Assembly (NCBI GenBank): GCA_035945995.1
Contig: DASYZR010000153.1
Location: forward strand, 22,330 to 86,329
Direction: 5' to 3'
Source: a bacterium
Lineage (GTDB): Bacteria; Sysuimicrobiota; Sysuimicrobiia; Sysuimicrobiales; Segetimicrobiaceae
DNA length: 64,000 bases
Under the pieces are notes generated by a model. That model did not search any database, was not told where the DNA came from, and saw only the letters and a program-made list of their open reading frames with translations. The translations under genes were made by a program, and so were the position numbers. Shown here in pieces: positions 1 to 9,242 of the stretch (positions within the stretch are counted from its first letter, which is position 1; each line of letters starts with the position of its first letter).

Positions 1-595
1 TGTGCAGCGTCGCGATCCGCTCCGACGACGGTTGCAGGACGCCGTCGAGCATCCCTTCGAGCGTGCCCTGAATGACCGACAGCGGCGTCCGCAGCTCGTG
101 GGCGATGCCCGCGAAGAGACGGCGGCGCTGCTCCTCGTCCGTGGCGAGGCGGTCCGCCATTTTATTGAAGGCGCGGGCGAGCTCGGCGATCTCGTCCTGC
201 CCCTCGACGGGAACCGGCGAGGGCGTCCCGCCGCTCGTGATCACGCGCGCGGCGCGCGTCAGGTCGCCGACCGGCCGCGCCATCCGTCCGGCCAGCAGCA
301 GCGCGAGCAGCAGACCGAGGCCGGCGGCCACCGCCGTTCCGGCCCAGATGCCGTTTCGGATGCGGCTTCCGAACAGCACCTCGCGGGCGCCGAGCGGACG
401 CCGGAGGGGCCGGACCACGACAATCGGGCCGCCCGCCTGGGGCAGCCGCCCGCCCACCTCGGGGATCTCGCGGCGCTCCACGTACTGCCGGAACGTCCGG
501 TGCGCCTCGTAACTCGCAAACGTCGCCGACAGCACGGTGGTCAGCACCGCGATCGCGATGAACGCGATACTCAGACGGGTCCGCAGGCTACGCAT
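1..595 (-). CDS. Sensor histidine kinase (EnvZ/MtrB-like), N-terminal part only; C-terminus lies beyond the left edge
   Basis: Minus-strand translation gives MRSLRTRLSIAFIAIAVLTT (transmembrane N-terminus). Further in, LFAGIAHELRTPLSVIQGTLEGMLDGV is a classic H-box/DHp motif. The ATG overlaps the response-regulator stop (ATGCGTAGC). The gene is absent from the ORF track because no stop codon falls inside the window. Confidence 0.8.
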   Translation of the reverse strand, partial: MRSLRTRLSIAFIAIAVLTTVLSATFASYEAHRTFRQYVERREIPEVGGRLPQAGGPIVVVRPLRRPLGAREVLFGSRIRNGIWAGTAVAAGLGLLLALLLAGRMARPVGDLTRAARVITSGGTPSPVPVEGQDEIAELARAFNKMADRLATDEEQRRRLFAGIAHELRTPLSVIQGTLEGMLDGVLQPSSERIATLH

Positions 596-1295
596 ACGCC
601 GCGTGCTGCCGGCGGTCGTCCTCCGGTCGCTGGAATTTGTAGCCGACCCCGTACACGGTAAGGACAAAGCGCGGGTTGCGAGGGTCATGCTCGATCTTGC
701 TCCGCAGGTTCTTGATGTGGGCGTCGACGGTGCGCTCGTAGCCCTCGAACGCGTGGCCGTGGACCCGGTCGATCAGCTGCATGCGGGTGAAGACCTGGTT
801 GGGATGGCCGGCGAGCGTCTCGAGGAGCCGGAACTCCGTCGGCGTCAGGTCGACCGGCCGGCCCGCCAGCGTCACCTGATGGCCGCGCAGGTCGATGATG
901 AGCTCGCCGAGCCGGAGCACGTCCGGCGTCTCGTGGCTGCCGCGCCGCAGGACGGCGCGGACGCGGGCCACGACTTCGCGGGGGCTGAACGGTTTCGTGA
1001 TGTAGTCGTCGGCGCCAAGTTCGAGCCCCAGGAGCTTGTCCGACTCCTCGTCCCGGGCCGTGAGCATGATGATCGGCGTGCGGGCGTGTTCCCGGATCCG
1101 CCGGCAGACCTCCCGCCCGTCGAGCCGCGGCAGCATGAGGTCCAGGATCACGAGATCCGGCCGGACGCGCTCGTGTTCCGTGAGCGCGGCGTCGCCGTCC
1201 GCCGCCTGGGCGACGCCGAAGCCCTCCCGTTCCAGATACGTCCGCAGCAGTTCGACGATCTGCGGCTCGTCATCGACCACCAGCACGGTCGGCAC
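588..1295 (-). CDS. OmpR/PhoB-family response regulator (receiver domain plus winged-helix DNA-binding domain)
   Basis: VLVVDDEPQIVELL...DLVILDLMLP...YITKPFSPREV...VYGVGYKF are receiver and wHTH signatures. A GTG start is preceded by AAGGGGA. The track ORF 588..1787 is an upstream extension into the next gene. Confidence 0.85.
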   Translation of the reverse strand: MPTVLVVDDEPQIVELLRTYLEREGFGVAQAADGDAALTEHERVRPDLVILDLMLPRLDGREVCRRIREHARTPIIMLTARDEESDKLLGLELGADDYITKPFSPREVVARVRAVLRRGSHETPDVLRLGELIIDLRGHQVTLAGRPVDLTPTEFRLLETLAGHPNQVFTRMQLIDRVHGHAFEGYERTVDAHIKNLRSKIEHDPRNPRFVLTVYGVGYKFQRPEDDRRQHAAYA

Positions 1296-1324
1296 GCCGT
1301 TCAATCCCCTTGACGCGGCGACGG

Positions 1325-1804
1325 TCACGACAAGGCCGCCAGCCGCTTCCGGTACTCTTCTTCGTTGATCTCGCCGCGCGCGAACCGCTCCCGGATGACC
1401 TGCACGGCGCCGTCCGGGCGGCCCCACAGCGACTGCAACGTGATCACCTTCCAAGCGATCACGAGCAGCGCGACCAGGAGCAGGAATCGGGCCAGCATGT
1501 GAAGCGCGAACGCCGCCGCGGCGACGCCGGCGCCGGGTCCGAAGCCGCGCCCCTGGAAGCGGGGACCAAACCGCGGGCCGTACCCCGGTCCGAACCCGGG
1601 ACCGTAGCCGGGATACCGATAGCCCGGACCGTACCCCGGACCCCCGGGACCCTGCGGGGTGCCGGGCGCCGGCGCCCCCTGAGCCGTAAGCCGCGGGTTC
1701 GGCTGAGCCGGGGCCGGAGCGGACAGAGCGGCCACTACGGCGACAATCACTACAAGGCCTGCCGCGGCCGCCAGGGCCGCGAGCCACCGCTTGCGCATCG
1801 CCAC
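1325..1804 (-). CDS. SHOCT-domain membrane protein with a Gly/Pro/Tyr-rich low-complexity segment
   Basis: N-terminal signal/TM (LAALAAAAGLVVIVAVVAAL). Low-complexity run GYGPGYRYPGYGPGFGPGYGPRFGPRF. A second TM helix, then C-terminal RERFARGEINEEEYRKRL, typical of SHOCT. It lies directly upstream of the two-component-system genes on the same strand. Confidence 0.7.
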   Translation of the reverse strand: MAMRKRWLAALAAAAGLVVIVAVVAALSAPAPAQPNPRLTAQGAPAPGTPQGPGGPGYGPGYRYPGYGPGFGPGYGPRFGPRFQGRGFGPGAGVAAAAFALHMLARFLLLVALLVIAWKVITLQSLWGRPDGAVQVIRERFARGEINEEEYRKRLAALS

Positions 1805-1911
1805 GCCTCCTTAATATTTCCCTTGTCGGTACCGCTATTTGCTTAGCGTTTGGGCGACTCTTACTGTATCCGGACGCCGTGTATGAATTGTGAAGGTCTC
1901 ATAGGACTGTC

Positions 1912-3645
1912 GTGAACCTCATCGAACAGTCGAGCGTGCCCGAATCCGGTCCATCCGCGCCCGATCGCGTCACCGTCTCGGTCGTGCAGCACCGCCTCTC
2001 CGCGATTGTGGCCGAGATGGGAGAGGCAATGCTCCGAACCGCCTACTCCCAGATCCTGAACTCGAGCCGCGATTTCTCGACCGCCCTCTGCGACGCCGGC
2101 GGACGCCTGCTGGCCCAGGCGGAACACGTGCCGATCCACGTGGGGGCCCTGCCGTGGGCGGTGCGGTCCGTCCAGGCGTTCTTTGCCGGGCGGATCCGCG
2201 CCGGCGACCTCTACCTGGTCAACGATCCGTACCACGGCGGCAGCCACCTGCCGGACCTCACCGTGGTGCTGCCGGTCTTCACGCCTGCTCATGGGGAGGC
2301 CGGCGGCCGGCTCGTGTGCTGGACGGTCAACCGGGCGCACCAGAGCGACATCGGCGGCGCGACGCACGGCAGCTACAACGCGGCCGCGACCGAGATCTGG
2401 CAGGAAGGCCTGCGCGTTCCTCCGCTCAAACTGTACGACGCGGGCGCGGAGCGCGACGATGTGCTCAACATGGTGGCCACGAACGTCCGCCACTCCCGCG
2501 ACTTCCTCGGCGATCTGCGCGCGTCGATGGGGTCGGCGCGGCTCGGCGAGCGGCGTCTGCTGCGCCTGGTGGACGAGTACGGCGTCGACGTCCTGCTCGA
2601 GGCGGCGCGGGAGGTGCTGGACGGGACCGAACGGCGGACGCGCGCGTGCATCCGGCCCTGGCGGGACGGCGTCTACCGCGGCGAAGCGGTGCTGGACGAC
2701 GACGGACACGGGGCCGTCGACATCGCCGTGCGGGCGACGGTGACCAAGCGCGGCGACAACCTCACCGTCGACCTCCGGCGCAGCGACCCCCAGGTGACGG
2801 GCTTCGTCAACTCGTCGCTGCCGAACACGATGTCCGCGGTGCATCTGGCGATCGCGTACCTGATCGATCCCGATATTCCGAAAAATGACGGGACGTTTCG
2901 GCCGGTCACGGTCCTCACGCGCGAGGGCACGATCGTGCATCCCCGTCCGCCGGCGCCGGTCACGCTGTGCACCAACCACAGCGGCCAGGAGATCTGCGAA
3001 GCCGTGCTCAAGGCGCTGGCTCCCGCGTGCCCGGAGCGCGCCGTTGCGGGGTGGAGCCGCCGGTTCCGGATCGCGATCCGCGGTATCGACCCGCGCAGCG
3101 GACGTCCGTTCATCTGGCATCTCTTTCACGCGCGACCCGGCGGCGGGGCGTCCGCCGCCGGGGACGGCTGGCCCACGGCGGGCGAAGGCCAGGCGGCCGG
3201 CGGGCTCAAGTTCGGGAGCGTCGAGGTGACAGAAGTGCGGTTTCCGCTGCGCCTCGAGCGCCACGAATTCCGGCCGAACTCGGGCGGCGACGGACAGTTT
3301 CGCGGCGGCGTGGGGTCGCATCTCCGCATGCGCGTCGAAATCGCCGAACCGGCGGTCGCGAACACCGCGGGCGACGGCGTCCGGCATGCCCCGTACGGCC
3401 TCTTCGGCGGCCGGGACGGCGCCGTGCACCGGTATCGCCTCATCTCGCGCCGCCGGACCCGGGTGCTGCGCACAAAGGAAGTCGGGATCCCCGTCCTGCC
3501 CGGTGACGTGTTCCACATTGACTCGTCGGGAGGCGGCGGTTACGGACCGCCGGCGCGGCGCGATCCGGGCGCTCGAGCCGCCGACCTCGAGAACGGCTTC
3601 GTGACGGCGCGCGCATCCGGCCGGCGGCCCGCCCGCACCCGATGA
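1912..3645 (+). CDS. hyuB: Hydantoinase B / oxoprolinase family protein (HyuB-type), pair 1
   Basis: 577 aa. N-terminus DRVTVSVVQHRLSAIVAEMGEAM; motif LYLVNDPYHGGSHLPD; C-terminal SSGGGGYGPP. ATGA overlap with the downstream hyuA. AGGA lies 5 nt before the GTG start. Confidence 0.85.
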   Translation: MNLIEQSSVPESGPSAPDRVTVSVVQHRLSAIVAEMGEAMLRTAYSQILNSSRDFSTALCDAGGRLLAQAEHVPIHVGALPWAVRSVQAFFAGRIRAGDLYLVNDPYHGGSHLPDLTVVLPVFTPAHGEAGGRLVCWTVNRAHQSDIGGATHGSYNAAATEIWQEGLRVPPLKLYDAGAERDDVLNMVATNVRHSRDFLGDLRASMGSARLGERRLLRLVDEYGVDVLLEAAREVLDGTERRTRACIRPWRDGVYRGEAVLDDDGHGAVDIAVRATVTKRGDNLTVDLRRSDPQVTGFVNSSLPNTMSAVHLAIAYLIDPDIPKNDGTFRPVTVLTREGTIVHPRPPAPVTLCTNHSGQEICEAVLKALAPACPERAVAGWSRRFRIAIRGIDPRSGRPFIWHLFHARPGGGASAAGDGWPTAGEGQAAGGLKFGSVEVTEVRFPLRLERHEFRPNSGGDGQFRGGVGSHLRMRVEIAEPAVANTAGDGVRHAPYGLFGGRDGAVHRYRLISRRRTRVLRTKEVGIPVLPGDVFHIDSSGGGGYGPPARRDPGARAADLENGFVTARASGRRPARTR

Positions 3646-5813
3646 TCGGTTCCTACCGCATCGGCATCGACGTCGGCGGCACGTTCACCGACGCGGTGTG
3701 CGTGGACGAGGCCGGCCGGGCCACGCTCGTCAAAGCGTCCTCCACGCCGGCCGACCCGTCGATCGGTGTCCTCGACGCGATCGAAGCGCTCGCCGGCCGG
3801 CTCGCCGTCGACCTCCGCGCGCTGCTGGCGAACACGTCGCAGATCGTCCACGGGACCACGGTTGCCACCAACGCGCTCCTCGAGCGCAGGGGCGCGCGCG
3901 TCGGCCTGCTGACCACCGAGGGGCACCGGGACGTGCTCGAGATGCGGGAAGGACTCAAGCCGGACCGCTACAACCTCCGGATGCCGCCGCCGGTCCCGCT
4001 CGTGCCGCGCGGGCTCCGGCTCGGGGTCCGCGAGCGGACCCTCGCCGACGGCACCGTCGCCGTCCCGCTCGGCCGGGCGTCCCTCGACCGGGCGATCCGC
4101 CGGCTGGAGCGCGCCGGGGTCGACGCCGTCGCGATCTGCTACCTGCACGCCTACCGCAACCCGCGGCACGAACTGGCGACGCGGGAGGCCGTGCGCCGCC
4201 GTTTGCGCGGCGCCTACGTGTCGTCCTCCTGGGACGTCCTGCCGCAGATCAAGGAATACGAGCGCGTGTGCACGACCGTGATCACCGCGTACGTCGGCCC
4301 GGTGCTCCGGCGCTACCTGACCCGCCTCGCCTCGCGGCTGCGCGCGGCCGGCTACCCGCGCGACGTGCTCGTCATGCAGTCACACGGCGGCGTGGCGGCG
4401 ATCTCCGAAGCCACGCGCCTCGCCGCGGGCGCGATTCTCTCCGGCCCGGCCGGCGGCATCGCCGGCGGACAATACGCCGCGCGGCTGCTGGGCGAGGGGA
4501 ACCTCATTACGTTCGACATGGGCGGCACCAGCACGGACATCGCGCTCCTCGAAGGGGGACGGCCGCGGACGACCGGCGACCGCCGGGTGAGCGGCCACAC
4601 GCTCGCGCTGCCGAGCATCGACATTCACACGATCGGCGCGGGGGGAGGCTCCCTCGCCCGCGTCGACGCGGGCGGCATTCTGCACGTCGGCCCCGAGAGC
4701 GCCGGCGCGGAACCCGGGCCGGCCTGCTACGGCCGCGGCGGAGCCGGCGCCACCGTCACCGACGCGAACGTCGTGCTGGGCCACCTCGATCCCGACACGT
4801 TCTGGGGCGGACGCCGGCGGCTGGACGCCGCGGCGGCGCACCGGGCCGTCGAGGCCGTCGCCGCGCGCCTCGGGGGAACCGTGATCGACGCGGCCCGCGG
4901 CATCTACGAGGTGGTCAACACGGCGATGGCCGAGGGGATCCGCGTCGTGTCGGTCCGCCGGGGGATCGACCCGCGGCGCTTCGCCCTCCTCGCGTTCGGC
5001 GGGGCGGCCGGCCTCCACGCCACCGCGGTCGCCGGGATGCTCGAAATCGCTCGGGTCGTGGTGCCGCGGCAGGCGCCGGTGCTGTCCGCCTGGGGCATGC
5101 TCGCCGCGGACCTCCGGTACGACGTCGTGCGCACCCACGTCGGGGAGATCCACAAAGTCGGCCCGGCGCGCCTGCGCCGTCTGTTCGCGGAGATGGAACG
5201 GGAGGGACGCCGGCGGCTCGAGCCCGCGGTCCCGGACCATCTCGAACCCGGGGGACGCGTCGGGGCCGGCACGGGCGCGCCGGGACGGAACGGCGAAGAT
5301 GCCGGGCCGCACTTCGACGTGCTGCGCTCACTCGATCTGCGCTACGGCGAGCAGATCTTCGAGATCGACGTCCCGCTCGACGGGATCCCGCTCCAGGAAC
5401 CGGGCCTCATCGACCGCATCGTCGAGCGCTTCCGCCTCCGGCACGAAGAGCTGTACACGTACAGCGCGCCGGATCAGGAAGTGGTGCTCGTCAACGCGCG
5501 GCTCGCGGTGGTCGGACGTCTCGCGTCGCCGCCGGTCGAACCGCCGCTCGAGCGGCGGGGCACGCGCGCGTCGGCCGCTTCATCGCCCGCGCCGCCCGCG
5601 ACCGCGACACGCCGCATCTACGCCGACGGGTGGCTCGACGCGCCCGTCCATCGGTGGGACGCCCTCCGGGCCGGCGCCACGATCGACGGGCCGGCGATCG
5701 TGGAGTCGGAGGCGACGACGGTGCTGGTCCGGCCGGGCGAGCACGCGCGCGTCACGCCGCGCGGGTGGCTCGACGTCACCGTCCTCGCGATCGCGCCGGC
5801 GCTGCGGGGATGA
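3642..5813 (+). CDS. hyuA: Hydantoinase A / oxoprolinase family protein (HyuA-type), pair 1
   Basis: 723 aa. MIGSYRIGIDVGGTFTDAV N-terminal motif; central GGTSTD...IGAGGGS ATPase-fold motifs. Confidence 0.85.
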   Translation: MIGSYRIGIDVGGTFTDAVCVDEAGRATLVKASSTPADPSIGVLDAIEALAGRLAVDLRALLANTSQIVHGTTVATNALLERRGARVGLLTTEGHRDVLEMREGLKPDRYNLRMPPPVPLVPRGLRLGVRERTLADGTVAVPLGRASLDRAIRRLERAGVDAVAICYLHAYRNPRHELATREAVRRRLRGAYVSSSWDVLPQIKEYERVCTTVITAYVGPVLRRYLTRLASRLRAAGYPRDVLVMQSHGGVAAISEATRLAAGAILSGPAGGIAGGQYAARLLGEGNLITFDMGGTSTDIALLEGGRPRTTGDRRVSGHTLALPSIDIHTIGAGGGSLARVDAGGILHVGPESAGAEPGPACYGRGGAGATVTDANVVLGHLDPDTFWGGRRRLDAAAAHRAVEAVAARLGGTVIDAARGIYEVVNTAMAEGIRVVSVRRGIDPRRFALLAFGGAAGLHATAVAGMLEIARVVVPRQAPVLSAWGMLAADLRYDVVRTHVGEIHKVGPARLRRLFAEMEREGRRRLEPAVPDHLEPGGRVGAGTGAPGRNGEDAGPHFDVLRSLDLRYGEQIFEIDVPLDGIPLQEPGLIDRIVERFRLRHEELYTYSAPDQEVVLVNARLAVVGRLASPPVEPPLERRGTRASAASSPAPPATATRRIYADGWLDAPVHRWDALRAGATIDGPAIVESEATTVLVRPGEHARVTPRGWLDVTVLAIAPALRG

Positions 5814-5823
5814 CCGCCGGCGG

Positions 5824-6693
5824 TCATGCGGGCGGAATCTCGGCCCCGACGATCGCCGCGATCTTGTCCATGAACAGCGCCTGGCTGTCGTCCTCCGGGA
5901 CGTAGCCGAGCTTGTCGCGCGCGTTGGCGATGCTCCAGAACCGGTGCGTGTTGCCGCTGATGCCGTAGACGATCAGGAACGGCACGCCGTGCTCGTCGGC
6001 GATGTGCTCGGTCTCGACCATGCGGATCGCCTGCTGCACCTGGTCGCGCCGGGAGAGAAACGCGCCGAGCGCGCGGTGCATCGTGGCCGTATCCCCGGGA
6101 CTCACGCGGTCGATATCGTCGTCGCGCGGGCCCCCGATGCGCCACTGCACGACTTCGAGGTGGCGGTCGCCGACGCGGCCGGTGGCAAAGACGAAGCCGA
6201 GGAGCTCGTAGGCCGCCTTGGCCCAGCCGTAGAAATTGTCGGAGCGCGGCGGCAGATCCGGCGTGACCATCTCCATCCGGCCGTTCCAGATCAGCCGCTC
6301 GTAGTAGTCCGTGGCGTGGTTGGAGCTCGCGACGACGACCCGGCGCACGCCCTCCTCCAGCGCCGTGCGGTAGACGTTGTAGGCGAGCGCGATGTTCTGG
6401 TGCTGGGCCCAGAACTTCTCGTCGCTGTTGTTCTGCCACATCGTCGCGTCCGGGTCCGGCGCCTTGATGTAGCCGCAGTGGATGACGGCGTCGGCGCCTC
6501 GGAAGTGCCCGCGGTACTCGTCGCGGTTCGGTCGCGTCAAGTCGCAGACGACGATCCCGGGAATGGGGGTCCCGTCCCGGGTCGTCTCCGTCACGTCGAT
6601 CGGGACGAGGTCCCACCGCTCGTGCAGCTCCGCGAACATGCGCTGCGCGATGTAGCCGGCGGCTCCGACGAGAACAACACGGCGCTTCGCCAT
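5824..6693 (-). CDS. NAD-dependent epimerase/dehydratase family protein (extended SDR)
   Basis: MAKRRVVLVGAAGYIAQ (GxxGxxG Rossmann motif); YGWAKAAYE (YxxxK). GGGGGTG RBS before the ATG at 6693. The track ORF carries 8 extra N-terminal codons. Confidence 0.7.
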   Translation of the reverse strand: MAKRRVVLVGAAGYIAQRMFAELHERWDLVPIDVTETTRDGTPIPGIVVCDLTRPNRDEYRGHFRGADAVIHCGYIKAPDPDATMWQNNSDEKFWAQHQNIALAYNVYRTALEEGVRRVVVASSNHATDYYERLIWNGRMEMVTPDLPPRSDNFYGWAKAAYELLGFVFATGRVGDRHLEVVQWRIGGPRDDDIDRVSPGDTATMHRALGAFLSRRDQVQQAIRMVETEHIADEHGVPFLIVYGISGNTHRFWSIANARDKLGYVPEDDSQALFMDKIAAIVGAEIPPA

Positions 6694-6881
6694 GAGGCCA
6701 CCCCCTTGTGAAGACATGGTGAAGGACGATCGCGAACGGCGCGACCCACGGGAACTTCTCGGCCGCGCCGCCCGACACCCGCGGGACCGCGTGTGTCGCC
6801 GCGCGATCCACGGAGTTTTGCCCGTGACCGAACGGGGAACAATAACGCTGAGCCGATATTACACAGGGAGGTGGGCTCGCT

Positions 6882-6956
6882 ATGCCGGAGTGGGTTGTGT
6901 GGTGGCTGGCAGGTATCGTAGTGACCGCCGCGGTCATCAGCGCAGGCGGCAAATAG
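6882..6956 (+). CDS. Putative 24-aa hydrophobic, Trp-rich small peptide (MPEWVVWWLAGIVVTAAVISAGGK); hypothetical
   Basis: AGGGAGG RBS about 10 nt upstream of the ATG; a single predicted TM-like helix; followed directly by a strong stem-loop terminator. Coordinates were read from the sequence lines and may be off by 1 nt. It is too short to appear in the ORF track. Confidence 0.3.
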   Translation: MPEWVVWWLAGIVVTAAVISAGGK

Positions 6957-6975
6957 ACGAACCGATCGTTAGCAG

Positions 6976-7018
6976 GCGAGGGGCCAGGTCCTGAGGACCG
7001 GCCCCTCGCGGCTTTTCC
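6976..7018 (+). terminator. Rho-independent terminator-like hairpin (GCGAGGGGCCAGGTCC..GGACCGGCCCCTCGC) followed by a T tract
   Basis: Near-perfect 15-bp GC-rich inverted repeat followed by GCTTTTCC on the + strand. It sits between the small ORF and the convergent minus-strand dehydrogenase gene. Confidence 0.5.
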
Positions 7019-7030
7019 GGCGGGAAGTGA

Positions 7031-8095
7031 CTATCCACCGGACGTCAATGGACGGGACGCGGGATCCGGGTTCCGGCTCCTCGTCGTGGTGGCGGCGCCG
7101 CCGCTCGGCACAAAGCCCAACGTTTTGTCCACGACGTTCAGCAACGGCGCGGCGCGCCGCCACCGGCGGTAGTTCTCCATGAACAGCGCCGACAAGGCGG
7201 CGGTCCACCCCCGGAAGTCGCCGCACATGTGGGGCGACACGATCAGTCCCGGCGCGTCCCAGAAGGGATGGCCTTTGGGAAGCGGCTCCTGCATGAAGAC
7301 ATCCAGCGCCGCGCCGGCGATCCGCTTCGACCGAAGCGCCCGCAGGAGCGCGGCCTCGTCCACCACGGGCCCGCGCCCCACGTTGATCAGCCGCGCGGTC
7401 GGCCGCATCCGTTGAAAGGCCGCCGCCCCGAAGAGCCCCTTCGTCTCCGGCGTGAGGGGCGTCGCGATGACCACGTAATCGGCCTGCCCCACCACCTCCG
7501 GAAGGTTTCGCACGGCCGTGATCCGGCCGAGATCGGGGTCGGACGCCCGAGCCGTCCGGGCGACCCCCGCGACCCGCATCCCCGCGCGACACGCCAGCCG
7601 GCCGATGGTCCGTCCGATCCCGCCTGCGCCCACGATCAGCACCGATTGCCCGCGCAGATGCTCGGTTTCCCGGTGCCGCCACACGCGGCGCCGTTGCAGA
7701 TCGAACGTGGTCCAGAAATCCTTCGCGAAGACCAGCATGAGCCCGAGCACGTACTCGGCGATCGCCTGGTCGAAGACCCCCCGAGAATTGGTCAGGACGA
7801 CGCGGCTTGACGCGAGTTCGGGAAACAACACGGTGTCGACGCCGGCGCCCGCGACGTGGATCCAGCGCAGCCGCCGGGCGCCCGGCCACGCCGCGCGCAG
7901 CTTCGCCGATCGAAAATCCCACACGAGGAGCACTTCCGCCTCGGCGAGGCCCCGCGCGAGCGCCCGGTCCGATACCGCATAGTGAATCGCCGCGTCCTTC
8001 GCCAGACGATCGAGCCCGACCGGCCGCGGCCCGCGCGCGGCCGCGAGCACGACGACGGCGGGCTTCCGCCCCGCGCCCGCCGCGCCGTCACTCAA
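7031..8095 (-). CDS. D-isomer-specific 2-hydroxyacid dehydrogenase family protein (NAD-binding)
   Basis: VLIVGAGGIGRTIGRL NAD-binding motif; INVGRGPVVDEAAL; LIVSPHMCG with the catalytic His. 8-nt overlap with the upstream cysteine synthase gene. Confidence 0.75.
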   Translation of the reverse strand: MSDGAAGAGRKPAVVVLAAARGPRPVGLDRLAKDAAIHYAVSDRALARGLAEAEVLLVWDFRSAKLRAAWPGARRLRWIHVAGAGVDTVLFPELASSRVVLTNSRGVFDQAIAEYVLGLMLVFAKDFWTTFDLQRRRVWRHRETEHLRGQSVLIVGAGGIGRTIGRLACRAGMRVAGVARTARASDPDLGRITAVRNLPEVVGQADYVVIATPLTPETKGLFGAAAFQRMRPTARLINVGRGPVVDEAALLRALRSKRIAGAALDVFMQEPLPKGHPFWDAPGLIVSPHMCGDFRGWTAALSALFMENYRRWRRAAPLLNVVDKTLGFVPSGGAATTTRSRNPDPASRPLTSGG

Positions 8096-9122
8096 TGACC
8101 ACGAGCCGCCTGGCGGCGAGCCGGCGGGTGTCGCCGGGCCGGGGCGCGTGCTCCCGCTCCGGCACCGCCGCGGCCGGGACCTCCCCGGTGAGCTCGGTGG
8201 AGAGGTAGCGCAGCCCGTTGTCGTTGATCATCGTCACGATCGTTTTGAGCTCCGGGTAGCGCCGGCTGAGCTTCAGACAGGCCGCCACGTTGCACCCCGA
8301 GGAGATACCGCAGAAGATCCCCTCCTCGCGCGCGAGACGGCGCGCCATCGCGATCGCCTCATCCGAGGACACCGTGACCACCCCGTCGACCCATCGGAGG
8401 TCCAGCACGTCCGGGATGAAGCCGTCCCCGATCCCTTCGATTCGGTGCGGACCCCACCCGCGCCCCGACAGGATCGCGCACTCCGCCGGCTCCACCGCGA
8501 AGCACCGGACGTCCGGCCGCCGGCCCTTCAGGTACGCGGCCACGCCGGTGAGCGTGCCGCCGGTGCCCTGCGCGGCGACGAAGGCGTCGAGGTGCCCGTC
8601 CGTCTGCTCCCAGATCTCGGGCCCGGTCGTGTCCGCGTGCGCGCGGACGTTGTCCGGATTGACGAACTGTCCGACCTCCCAGATTGTCCCGCCGTATCGG
8701 GCCTTGAGCTGCCGAACCTTGTCCAGGACGAGATCGACGTCGCTTTCGCCCCCGGGCGTCAGCACCAGCTCGGCACCGTACGCCCGGATCACCTGCTGCC
8801 GCTCCCGGCTCATGCCCTCGGGCATGACGATGATGACCCGGTAGCCTTTGGCCGCCCCCACCATCGCGGTCGCGATCCCGGTATTCCCGGTCGTCCCTTC
8901 GATGAGGATCATGCCGGGGCGCAGCTCCCCCCGGCGCTCCGCCTCCGCGACGATAAAGGGCAGGACGCGGTCTTTGATGCTTCCGCTCGGTCCGAAGTAC
9001 TCGAGCTTGCCGAACACGGCGGCGGTGGCCGGCTCGGCCACGCGGCGAAGCCGCACGAGCGGCGTCAGCCCTGCCGTCTCCAGAATGCTCTCTGCCGGAT
9101 GCCGCCGGCGCTCCCAATCCAT
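8088..9122 (-). CDS. cysK: PLP-dependent cysteine synthase family protein (CysK/CysM-like)
   Basis: GLTPLVRL...GSIKDR (PLP-binding lysine motif)...EGTTGNTGIA...GTGGT. The start was chosen at MDWERRR; the alternative is 9146. Confidence 0.7.
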   Translation of the reverse strand: MDWERRRHPAESILETAGLTPLVRLRRVAEPATAAVFGKLEYFGPSGSIKDRVLPFIVAEAERRGELRPGMILIEGTTGNTGIATAMVGAAKGYRVIIVMPEGMSRERQQVIRAYGAELVLTPGGESDVDLVLDKVRQLKARYGGTIWEVGQFVNPDNVRAHADTTGPEIWEQTDGHLDAFVAAQGTGGTLTGVAAYLKGRRPDVRCFAVEPAECAILSGRGWGPHRIEGIGDGFIPDVLDLRWVDGVVTVSSDEAIAMARRLAREEGIFCGISSGCNVAACLKLSRRYPELKTIVTMINDNGLRYLSTELTGEVPAAAVPEREHAPRPGDTRRLAARRLVVIE

Positions 9123-9242
9123 CCGCGAGGACTCCCGCTCCACCAAGATAGGAATGGGAAAGCGTTCTCACCGCGCGCGCGCTCGCCCTGCCGGGCGCGG
9201 GAGAGGGCCCGCCGCGGCGCGGGCCGAAGTAGTCGGCCTTCG

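Noticed and set aside
1861-3516. 551-aa ORF antisense to hyuB (pair 1)
   Set aside because: No recognisable domains; Arg/Ala/Pro-rich as expected from high-GC antisense frames; fully overlapped by a strongly supported HyuB gene.
3698-5905. 735-aa Arg/Pro-rich ORF in an alternative frame over hyuA
   Set aside because: Extreme Arg/Pro/Gly composition typical of an out-of-frame GC-rich artefact; the in-frame HyuA signature is unambiguous.
5299-6952. Overlapping long ORFs 5299..6711 (+) and 5618..6952 (-) around the epimerase gene
   Set aside because: Ser/Arg/Thr-rich low-complexity translations in frames alternative to the well-supported 5824..6693 SDR-family epimerase.
6882-7018. Trp-codon leader peptide / transcription attenuator interpretation of the mini-ORF
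   Set aside because: Attenuators require a downstream co-directional biosynthetic gene. The next genes are convergent (minus strand) and the nearest plus-strand gene is 2.2 kb away.
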